The notes: generated by a model not told the origin, from the sequence alone. Positions 1 to 7,200 are shown, counted from the stretch's first letter. The stretch is 40,813 nucleotides of DNA from a virus (IMGVR_UViG_3300044267_003054:1-40813); one strand, 5' to 3'. Numbers and translations: made by a program.

Positions 1-272
1 AATGGCGTGGGGGGGAGGGGCGGAGTACCTGCCAAGCTCAAGAGGGGGGTGGGGTCACCTGTCCGGGCCCAGACATAGTGGGCCTCAAGGGAGGGGCCAA
101 GCTCGGTCAGTCAGGTCGGTCGGTCATCTCGGCCAGGACATCTCGGTCATGTCTTCGCGCCCCATCCGATCAGGCTGCTGCTCGCTCCGCTCGCTATCGC
201 TCGGCGTTCCCGACTGGGCACGGTCAGGGGCCGGGACGGGATACCCCCCCCTGTCAACTGTCACCTGACAGG

Positions 273-773
273 CTACGCCCGGTCCAGGCTGGCAAGCTTC
301 AGGCGTAGCTCGGCCAGCACGTCTTCGCTTGAACGCTCAGAGCCCTCAGTGCTGACACGTTCAACGAACATGCTCGGCCCGTCGGTCATGCTGATGGAAC
401 CGAGGGCACGCAGCGCGGCCACGCGCCCGGCCTGGGTACTGTCGTCACGCAGGTCCGGGCTCGTTTCCTCCAGGAGCCGCTCACAGACGAGGTCGTATCG
501 CTTGGAGTGCGACAGGCGCTTCTGATCCCTCAGCCGGGCCAACTCGGTTTCTATTCTACCCGCGATCTCACCGTCATGCCTTAGCTCGTAGGCTCGGCTA
601 TGGATCGTCGGTGCGGACATGCGGGACGTGTTGTAGCAATGCTTGTAGGCTTCTGTCTGTGACTGGCCAGAGACGATCTGGTCAACGAAGCAGAGTTGTT
701 TACCAGTCAGGGTCTTCGACTTTGTCTTCGCCCCCTTGCCACCCTCTACCAGGGTTAGTTTGCTCTTGGTCAT
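273..773 (-). CDS. terS: Terminase small subunit
   Basis: LTGKQLCFVDQIVSGQSQTEAYKHCY HTH motif typical of TerS N-termini, followed by a helical oligomerisation region; start moved to ATG 773 (MTKSK), which has a GGAGA SD. Confidence 0.8.
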   Translation of the reverse strand: MTKSKLTLVEGGKGAKTKSKTLTGKQLCFVDQIVSGQSQTEAYKHCYNTSRMSAPTIHSRAYELRHDGEIAGRIETELARLRDQKRLSHSKRYDLVCERLLEETSPDLRDDSTQAGRVAALRALGSISMTDGPSMFVERVSTEGSERSSEDVLAELRLKLASLDRA

Positions 774-938
774 TCTGTATGGTCTCCGATGCAATATGCT
801 GTTCGCTTCGCTCACTGGACGCCGCGCCGCGCTGTAAGATTTCCGACCGGCGCACGTCTCAATATATGGCTGCACCCAGTCGGCACAAGAGACCTGAATG
901 GGCGTGTCCAGACACAGACATCAATGTGTCAAATAGGT

Positions 939-967
939 CTTGTGGTATACTTGACATTGTGTATTAT
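939..967 (+). promoter_or_regulatory. Candidate sigma70-type early promoter
   Basis: CTTGTG(939-944)-N17-TATTAT(962-967), with an overlapping perfect TTGACA at 951-956; predicted start near 974 coincides with the first leader hairpin. Confidence 0.45.
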
Positions 968-973
968 GTCCGT

Positions 974-1270
974 TCAGTCGTTGCTTCGTTAGCAGCGACT
1001 GAGGGGAGGCCCATGCCTCTCCGAAGACAGCGGAGACCACCGCTGCCCCCCGCTTCCAGGGTCCACACCTGGGAGAGCAGCAGGGCCCAAGTATCGCAGT
1101 GATGCGACACGGCAGGTCTGAAGGGAACCAACCTCCGAGCCAGCTAGTAGCTGCGCCGCCAGTAAGACACTGGCTCGGGTGATGGGTAACAACCCCGCCT
1201 CCGGCCACCGGAGTAAACTTCGACCTGCCGCCCAACCGGGTGATGGTCGACGGGCCCGAACGCTGGGGCC
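974..1270 (+). ncRNA. Putative structured non-coding/leader RNA, family not recognised
   Basis: No credible ORF; about 10 helices read by eye (974-985/991-1002, 1003-1010/1015-1022, 1028-1033/1040-1045, 1054-1060/1068-1074, 1094-1098/1103-1107 with GUGA loop, 1110-1123/1218-1230, 1135-1143/1170-1178, 1184-1187/1192-1195, 1199-1204/1208-1213, 1083-1088/1252-1257); G-U pairs favour a plus-strand RNA. Confidence 0.6.
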
Positions 1271-1271
1271 G

Positions 1272-1320
1272 AGCGGATCACTCCAGTCCGCTTTTCATTC
1301 ACCACCATAAGGAACATCAA
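1272..1320 (+). repeat. Intergenic hairpin-TTTCAYTYA-SD element, copy 1
   Basis: AGCGGA-9nt-TCCGCT TTTCATTCACCACCATAAGGA before ATG 1321 (most divergent copy). Confidence 0.7.
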
Positions 1321-2094
1321 ATGCTTCACACACAGACCACCCTTGATCACTACGCCGAGTTCACCAGTCGCGTGCAGGACGGTGCCCTGGTAGTCGTCAA
1401 CCACTCGGGCGGCAAAGACAGCCAAGCCATGTATGCCGTCATCAAGTCCCTAGTACCCGCCGACCAGATCGTTGTAGTGCACGCCGATCTCGGTGACGGT
1501 GTCGAGCACCTGGGCGTCCAGGATCACATCATCGACAACATTGAACACCCACTGCACATCGCGGAGCCAGTCTGGAAGGACGGCTCGGCCAAGACACTGC
1601 TTGACGCCATCGAACGCCGGGGCAAGTGGCCCAGTGCCGCGCAACGGTACTGCACCTCGGACCTCAAGCGGGGACCATGCGAAAAGGTCATTCGTCGACT
1701 GCTCCGCGAGAGCGGACGCCGGGATGTGATCTCCTGCTTCGGCTTCCGCGCCGAAGAGAGTGCATCCCGAGCCAAGCGGCCCACCTGGGCCAGGGTCGCA
1801 CGCAACTGCACCCAGTCGAGAGAATGGTTCGAGTTCTCACCCATCCATGATCTGACCACCGAAGAGGTCTTCAGGATCATCGCCCAGTCGGGTCAGCAGC
1901 CGCACCCAGTCTACGCCGAGGGGAACACGCGACTTAGCTGTGTGTTCTGCGTGCTCGCCTCCGACAACGACCTGCGGGTCGGGGCACGCCTTCGCCCGGA
2001 ACTGGCGGCTCGCTACGTCGCACTCGAAGACAAGATGGGCCACACGTTCCGAGCCAATCAAAGCCTGCGGGATATCATTGATATCCACGTCTAG
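1321..2094 (+). CDS. Phosphoadenosine-phosphosulfate (PAPS) reductase family / DndC-like PP-loop protein
   Basis: SGGKDS PP-loop, RYCTSDLKRGP, GFRAEES..R, PIHDLT, HPVY..G..RLSCVFC motifs; start at ATG 1321 with AAGGA SD. Confidence 0.85.
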   Translation: MLHTQTTLDHYAEFTSRVQDGALVVVNHSGGKDSQAMYAVIKSLVPADQIVVVHADLGDGVEHLGVQDHIIDNIEHPLHIAEPVWKDGSAKTLLDAIERRGKWPSAAQRYCTSDLKRGPCEKVIRRLLRESGRRDVISCFGFRAEESASRAKRPTWARVARNCTQSREWFEFSPIHDLTTEEVFRIIAQSGQQPHPVYAEGNTRLSCVFCVLASDNDLRVGARLRPELAARYVALEDKMGHTFRANQSLRDIIDIHV

Positions 2095-2098
2095 GCCT

Positions 2099-2142
2099 GG
2101 GGGGCACCGCCCCCCTTTTCATTCATCAACTGGAGAGCCGTC
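2099..2142 (+). repeat. Intergenic hairpin element, copy 2
   Basis: GGGGGGC-ACC-GCCCCCC TTTTCATTCATCAACTGGAGA. Confidence 0.9.
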
Positions 2143-2367
2143 ATGGACAGCAAGGAACTGCACCCAAACACGATACTGAGAATGCGACTGGACAACCTCG
2201 TCAACCTGGACATCCCCAAGGAACGCCGGGACATCGACAACCCCCGGAACGTCGACTGGTTGCTGCGTAACCTCCGCGCCAACAACGCTGACCACCCAGA
2301 CATCGACACGTCGATGGATGCCTTGCGTCAGCACGCTGCATGGAAGCGATCCATGTTCATGTTCTAA
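2143..2367 (+). CDS. Hypothetical phage protein (74 aa)
   Basis: GGAGA SD, flanked by repeat elements; DIPKERRD..N..WLLRNL..NN.DHP pattern resembles small marine phage proteins. Confidence 0.75.
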   Translation: MDSKELHPNTILRMRLDNLVNLDIPKERRDIDNPRNVDWLLRNLRANNADHPDIDTSMDALRQHAAWKRSMFMF

Positions 2368-2376
2368 AAAATCTAA

Positions 2377-2423
2377 GCGGGGGATGAACCCCGCCTTTCA
2401 CTCATCAACCTGGAGAAAACATC
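2377..2423 (+). repeat. Intergenic hairpin element, copy 3
   Basis: GCGGGG-GATGAA-CCCCGC CTTTCACTCATCAACCTGGAGA. Confidence 0.9.
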
Positions 2424-3485
2424 ATGTCTTCATTAAAGCACGCTATCGACACCCTCGTAGAAATCTACCCCACTATGATTGCCCAGCCGAAACGACTGGT
2501 GCCCATGCTGCTCGGTGCGCCGGGCCTCGGCAAATCCCAGGCGGTGTATCAGGCGGCAGAGATCATACGCGAGCAGAACAACATCGAACCCGAAGACTTC
2601 TCAGTCGTCGAGCTTCGCGCAGGCACCATGGACCCAGCCGAGATCGGCGGCTTCCGTTTCGTCATCGATGGCAAGACCGAAGTGACCGAGCCCGACTGGT
2701 ATCCGAAGACGCAGCACGGGCTGCTGTTCCTGGACGAACTTGCCCAGGCCTCTCTCGCAGGCATGAACGCTCTGTCAGAGGTCATGCTTGACCATCGGAT
2801 CGGCACCCGCAGCTTGCCCGCTGGGTGGATGGTCGTCAGTGCATCCAACCGCAAGCAGGACCGCGCTGGTACGAACAAAATCCCGTCGCATATCCAAGAC
2901 CGGATACTGCCTCTCGACATCACCCTGGATGTCGAGGCCTTGCAGGACTACGCCATCCGATCCAACTGGTACGATCTTGTGCCGGTGTACTGGAACTACC
3001 GCCCCGAGAACGTCCACAACTTGGGCGACGATGGCCGGGGTGCAACGCCTCGGTCCTGGGAGATGGTCAGCAACTTCAAACGTGCGGACCTATCGCCCCA
3101 GGTCGATCACACCATGGTGCTCTCTGCACTGGGCGAGGAGGTCGGCTCAGACTTCCTGGCCTTCGAGCGCACGGTCGACTTGCTGCCGGACATCGACGAC
3201 CTCATCAACGACCCCATGAATGCGAAGGTCGATCACAAGCCTGACATCATGTATGCGCTGATGGGTGCGCTCGCTACCAACATGGCCCGGCACCCGGCCA
3301 AGGTCGCAGGTGTCATCCAGTACCTGGACCGGATCGACCAGGAGTGGGCATTCACCTGCATCGCTGACGCTGAACGGTTCAACTCCGCAGCGCGGGAGAC
3401 GGACCCGACGGTCAAACAACTGGCCTCATCCAAGGCCTACACCGACTGGCTCATCAAACACAAAGACGTGTTTGTCGGAGCCTGA
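2424..3485 (+). CDS. MoxR/dynein-related AAA+ ATPase
   Basis: Walker A GAPGLGKS, Walker B LLFLDEL, sensor-1 SASNR, arginine finger region IQDR, sensor-2 ATPRSWE. Confidence 0.9.
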   Translation: MSSLKHAIDTLVEIYPTMIAQPKRLVPMLLGAPGLGKSQAVYQAAEIIREQNNIEPEDFSVVELRAGTMDPAEIGGFRFVIDGKTEVTEPDWYPKTQHGLLFLDELAQASLAGMNALSEVMLDHRIGTRSLPAGWMVVSASNRKQDRAGTNKIPSHIQDRILPLDITLDVEALQDYAIRSNWYDLVPVYWNYRPENVHNLGDDGRGATPRSWEMVSNFKRADLSPQVDHTMVLSALGEEVGSDFLAFERTVDLLPDIDDLINDPMNAKVDHKPDIMYALMGALATNMARHPAKVAGVIQYLDRIDQEWAFTCIADAERFNSAARETDPTVKQLASSKAYTDWLIKHKDVFVGA

Positions 3486-3487
3486 GT

Positions 3488-3535
3488 GCGGGGGCATAGC
3501 CCCCCGCCTTTCACTCACTCAACTGGAGAAAAAAA
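3488..3535 (+). repeat. Intergenic hairpin element, copy 4
   Basis: GCGGGGG-CATAGC-CCCCCGC CTTTCACTCACTCAACTGGAGA. Confidence 0.9.
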
Positions 3536-4468
3536 ATGACCAACCATGACATCATTGACGAGCACCTCCTTGAGGTATCGGTCACCATCAAGTCCTGGGG
3601 CGGCGTGAAGCGCGACCCCAAGCAGGAACGGAAAATTCGAGAGGCCTCGGGTGCCACCCGTAAGATCGGGCACTTCGACAAGTATCTGGTCTCGAAGGAA
3701 ACGCTGGCCACGATCAAGACTATCGACGGCGCATGGCGCAACCGCAACACCGAGTTGACCCTACCCTGGTCAGACACCACTCGGGTGGTGACAGTGGCAG
3801 GCTTCAAGAAGTGGGCCGAAGAGATGCGGAAATTCCAGGTCCGCAGGCAGGCAGCGGTCGACAAGTTCTGCGACAACTGGCCTCACCTTGTCGAGCAAGC
3901 CCGGCAGGAACTGAATGGCAGCTTCAACGAGAGCGACTACCCGTCGGCTAGTGAGGTGCGTGCTCGGTTCGTTGCCGAGGTCGACTACTTCGCAGTGCGC
4001 CGGGGCAAGCACCTATCCCAGTCGCAACTGGTCGGGCAGATCGGCGAGATGCTAAACGAACGTCAGGCCGAGGTCGAAGCGCGTGCGCAGCAGCGTGTCG
4101 CCGACGCCGTGGCCGAGGTCGTCAGCCGCATCAGGGAAAAGCTCGAACACTTCAGCGAGCGGATGCACGCCTATGCCGAGGTCCCTAACCCAGAGTATGG
4201 GACCAAGCCTCGGGCCAAGGAAACGATCAAGGTCGGGACCTTCAAGGAGAACACGGTCGCAGGCCTCCGTGACATGGTCGACGTGCTACCCAGTCTGAAC
4301 ATCTACAATGACCCTGGCATCGCCGAGGTTCTCGCTGACGTGGCCAAGCATTTGACTGGCAAGGGCACGCCCGAGGCCTACGCCCAACAGTTACGCGACG
4401 ATGATGCACTACGCGCCAAGGTCGCCAAGAAAACAGACAGCATTCTCTCGAAGATGAGTGCCTTCTAA
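3536..4468 (+). CDS. DUF3150-like helical phage protein
   Basis: V.I..W.G.K.D, K.L, TLPW.D, F..SDYPS..EVR.RF, LP.LNI.NDP motifs; sits between AAA and vWA genes as is usual for this family. Confidence 0.65.
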   Translation: MTNHDIIDEHLLEVSVTIKSWGGVKRDPKQERKIREASGATRKIGHFDKYLVSKETLATIKTIDGAWRNRNTELTLPWSDTTRVVTVAGFKKWAEEMRKFQVRRQAAVDKFCDNWPHLVEQARQELNGSFNESDYPSASEVRARFVAEVDYFAVRRGKHLSQSQLVGQIGEMLNERQAEVEARAQQRVADAVAEVVSRIREKLEHFSERMHAYAEVPNPEYGTKPRAKETIKVGTFKENTVAGLRDMVDVLPSLNIYNDPGIAEVLADVAKHLTGKGTPEAYAQQLRDDDALRAKVAKKTDSILSKMSAF

Positions 4469-4470
4469 AA

Positions 4471-4513
4471 GGGGGGATCAACCCCCCGTTTCACTTACCA
4501 ATCGGAGATCAAC
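4471..4513 (+). repeat. Intergenic hairpin element, copy 5
   Basis: GGGGGG-ATCAA-CCCCCC GTTTCACTTACCAATCGGAGA. Confidence 0.85.
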
Positions 4514-5761
4514 ATGGAACACATCGAACCACCAGTACAGTCAGCCAAGCGCCTCAGCAAGATACGCTCGCGCATGGCAATGGACGCTGCCTTCTTCGGC
4601 GGCATATGCATGAGGATGAAGGTCGTCTGGCTCCCCGCCGTCTCGACAGAGGTCGACACGATGGCGACCGATGGCAAGCACCTATTCATCAACGTCGGGT
4701 ACTTCGACAGCCTGACCGACGGTCAGGTCCGCTGGGTCCTGATCCATGAGGTCCTGCACGTCACCGATGGACACCATCTGCGGATGGGCAAGCGCGACCC
4801 CAAGCGTTGGAACATTGCCGCCGACTACGCCATCAACCCTATCGTTGTCGAGCAGTGCGGCAACGCCGACATGCCAGAGGGTGGCTTGCTCGACAGCAAG
4901 TATGCGGGCATGAGCACCGAGCAGATATATGGTGCGCTCAAAGATGAGGAGCAGCAGCCCCAGTCGGGTGACGACCAGTCGGGCGACGACCAGTCCGATG
5001 GCAACCAGGGTGACGACAACGCTCAGTCTGAGCAGTCACAGTCAGCCGATCCAGCAGGGTGCGGTGGCGTTATCGCACCGACCAACGATGATGGCTCGGC
5101 CCTCTCGGTCGACCAGATTGAGCAGGCTAAGACCGAGCTTGCTCAGACCATCGCGCAGGCTGCGCAGCAGGCTGAGAAGCGGGGCCAACTTCCAGGCTCC
5201 CTCAAAGAGCTTGTGAAGAATGCCCGGCAGGCGCAGGTCGACTGGAAGGAACGGCTCTGGGACAACGCCAAGGGCTCGACCATCACCGACTACACATGGC
5301 GCAGCCCGAACCGCAGGCGCTTGCAGGACGGCATCTACCTGCCATCCCTGCTGAAGGAAGGGGCAGGCGAGATCGTCATCGGCCTCGACACATCGGGCAG
5401 CGTGTCCCGTGACGCCTTCGAGCAGTTTGCTGGCGAGGTGCTGGCCATCTGCGAGGAGGTGCAACCCAGTGCACTGCACCTGCTGTACTGTGACACCGCC
5501 TTGCACCCCGAGAGCTACGAGCGTGAGGACCTTGATGATATCAAGATCGAACGCAAGGGGGGCGGGGGCACAAGCTTTGTGCCTGTCTTCGACTGGGTCG
5601 AGGACCGCATCGCCGACGGCGAGGACGCACCGCAGTGCCTCATCTACCTGACCGACGGCTACGGCAGCGAGCCCGAGTACGACCCGGATTACCCAGTCCT
5701 GTGGGTCTGCTGCTCGCCGAAGGAGATGCGGATCGGCGAGACGGTACGCATCAACGCCTGA
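4514..5761 (+). CDS. Metallopeptidase (HExxH) + vWA-like domain protein (DUF2201 family)
   Basis: TMATDG, HEVLH zincin motif, WNIAADYAIN, acidic QSGDD linker, MIDAS DTSGS, GGGGT.F.PVF, YLTDG. Confidence 0.9.
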   Translation: MEHIEPPVQSAKRLSKIRSRMAMDAAFFGGICMRMKVVWLPAVSTEVDTMATDGKHLFINVGYFDSLTDGQVRWVLIHEVLHVTDGHHLRMGKRDPKRWNIAADYAINPIVVEQCGNADMPEGGLLDSKYAGMSTEQIYGALKDEEQQPQSGDDQSGDDQSDGNQGDDNAQSEQSQSADPAGCGGVIAPTNDDGSALSVDQIEQAKTELAQTIAQAAQQAEKRGQLPGSLKELVKNARQAQVDWKERLWDNAKGSTITDYTWRSPNRRRLQDGIYLPSLLKEGAGEIVIGLDTSGSVSRDAFEQFAGEVLAICEEVQPSALHLLYCDTALHPESYEREDLDDIKIERKGGGGTSFVPVFDWVEDRIADGEDAPQCLIYLTDGYGSEPEYDPDYPVLWVCCSPKEMRIGETVRINA

Positions 5762-5764
5762 CCA

Positions 5765-5812
5765 GGGGGGGCACCGCCCCCCCTTTTCACTCACCATAAA
5801 TTGGAGGTCCAA
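5765..5812 (+). repeat. Intergenic hairpin element, copy 6
   Basis: GGGGGGGC-ACC-GCCCCCCC TTTTCACTCACCATAAATTGGAGG. Confidence 0.9.
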
Positions 5813-6004
5813 ATGATTATCATCCCAGCCGTTCTCGGATTATTCGTAGGCATCAGCATCACCACCATAGCAATAGTGTTTGTCATCGCTATCAATGCGG
5901 ACCCTGCGGTTGAGCGGGTGCGCAAACAGAACAAGCGCCGTGAAAAACTTTCCCGTGAGCGGGCCCGGCATCGTCAAGCAATGCGCCAGATCAGGAGCGC
6001 CTAA
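5813..6004 (+). CDS. Small single-pass membrane protein with basic tail (63 aa)
   Basis: ATG 5813 after GGAGG; hydrophobic N-terminal segment then Arg/Lys-rich C-terminus. Confidence 0.7.
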   Translation: MIIIPAVLGLFVGISITTIAIVFVIAINADPAVERVRKQNKRREKLSRERARHRQAMRQIRSA

Positions 6005-6005
6005 C

Positions 6006-6053
6006 CAGGGGGGGGCACCCCCCCTGCTTTCACTCACCATAATGGAGGTTACC
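6006..6053 (+). repeat. Intergenic hairpin element, copy 7
   Basis: CAGGGGGGG-GCA-CCCCCCCTG CTTTCACTCACCATAATGGAGG. Confidence 0.9.
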
Positions 6054-6434
6054 ATGAAACGTGCATACCTTAGAGCCGAAGGCATCGACTTTCGTGAATG
6101 GGCCGGGCAGTTTGTCCACCGGGATACCGAGGTTCGCTTCGACTACATCTTCAACCCCGAGTACATAGGCTACGAAGTCGGCCCCGACCATCCAAAAGAA
6201 TTGGTCCGACGAGACCTAGGCCCAATGGGCGAGGCATTCGTTCGCACCAACTGCGATGTGGGCTGCTTCCCTCATCGCGTCTGCGTCAACGACCCACACG
6301 GGTGGGCCTATCGCTACGCCCGAGTGCTGAAGACGGTGGCTCATGTCGTCATCGACGAGGACGAGTGTGGCCACCCAGTCATAGAGCGCTGGAAGATCAA
6401 GCGCCATACAAGCTTCGAGGTGGCACAAGACTAG
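6054..6434 (+). CDS. Hypothetical phage protein (126 aa)
   Basis: ATG 6054 after GGAGG; fills the interval between two repeat copies. Confidence 0.75.
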   Translation: MKRAYLRAEGIDFREWAGQFVHRDTEVRFDYIFNPEYIGYEVGPDHPKELVRRDLGPMGEAFVRTNCDVGCFPHRVCVNDPHGWAYRYARVLKTVAHVVIDEDECGHPVIERWKIKRHTSFEVAQD

Positions 6435-6478
6435 CGGGGCAACGCCCCGCCTTTCACTCACCAACTTGGAGATCGAAA
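6434..6478 (+). repeat. Intergenic hairpin element, copy 8
   Basis: GCGGGGC-AAC-GCCCCGC CTTTCACTCACCAACTTGGAGA. Confidence 0.9.
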
Positions 6479-6826
6479 ATGACAAGCATCAAAATGAAAA
6501 CGGTTCGCTTCAGAATGATCCGCACCGAAATGTGGGAACCCGAATGCCAAGTCCCCGCCCACATGAACGAGGACGAGGCAATGGAATATGCTACCGAGAA
6601 CTATTCCGACCCAATGTACGATGAGTACATGCACAAATATACTTACGACCAGGAGACGGAGTTATCTGTCATAGAACTGGACGTTCCCTTGGGCGAGCAG
6701 AAGGACTGCTCCCTGGTGCATGAGCCTAACGTCTTGCCTAACGGTGACACCTTCGAGCTTGGTGCTCCAGACGTTGAAGATGAGTATGGCGAGGACGGTT
6801 ATGGTGACGGTTTAGGGGAAAAATAG
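6479..6826 (+). CDS. Hypothetical acidic protein (115 aa)
   Basis: ATG 6479 after GGAGA; strongly D/E-rich. Confidence 0.7.
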   Translation: MTSIKMKTVRFRMIRTEMWEPECQVPAHMNEDEAMEYATENYSDPMYDEYMHKYTYDQETELSVIELDVPLGEQKDCSLVHEPNVLPNGDTFELGAPDVEDEYGEDGYGDGLGEK

Positions 6827-6829
6827 AAC

Positions 6830-6873
6830 GGGGGATAGCATCCCCCTTTTCACTCACAACTGGAGAGAAGATC
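6830..6873 (+). repeat. Intergenic hairpin element, copy 9
   Basis: GGGGGAT-AGC-ATCCCCC TTTTCACTCACAACTGGAGA. Confidence 0.9.
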
Positions 6874-7200
6874 ATGGATACCATCTTCAATAAGATCGAC
6901 CACTTCTTTACACACCAGTGTAATGATTACGATGAACTGGACGAGACGCAGCCCGAACACAAGGCATTGCTTGATGCAATAGACCTGCTTGTCGAAATCC
7001 AACAGTCGCCGCCTGCCTTCACGCCTTACCTCAAGCACGATGGTCTAACCAAGATGCACGGGTCGGGACCGAGGTCAGACATAACCGACACAATCTTTGA
7101 ACGCATGAACGGCGTCGAGTTGATGCCGGGCACTCGCATCAAGCGTGTCATGGGACGTGTATATTTGGAAGCGGAGAAGTGGGAGGATCGTAATGACTAA
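6874..7200 (+). CDS. Hypothetical protein (108 aa)
   Basis: GGAGA SD, open frame, coupled to next gene. Confidence 0.7.
   Translation: MDTIFNKIDHFFTHQCNDYDELDETQPEHKALLDAIDLLVEIQQSPPAFTPYLKHDGLTKMHGSGPRSDITDTIFERMNGVELMPGTRIKRVMGRVYLEAEKWEDRND

Noticed and set aside
2-1235. ORF-track ORFs at 2-268, 78-308, 611-1102, 789-992, 921-1235 and 989-1192
   Set aside because: No SD, atypical Arg/Ser/Pro/Gly-rich composition, and overlap with terS or the structured leader; likely GC-rich shadow ORFs
974-1270. tRNA, tmRNA, hammerhead or group I/II intron
   Set aside because: No T-loop GTTCRA with cloverleaf, no CCA-type acceptor ends, no CUGANGA/GAAA core, no recognisable domain V or P7 motif
1321-2094. 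Complete Dnd phosphorothioation system or sulfate-assimilation auxiliary pathway
   Set aside because: Only the single PP-loop gene is present; partner genes are not seen
1272-6873. Repeats as a CRISPR array or integron attC sites
   Set aside because: Spacers are whole genes of 0.2-1.2 kb and repeats are degenerate; no RYYYAAC/GTTRRRY cores, cas operon or integron integrase seen
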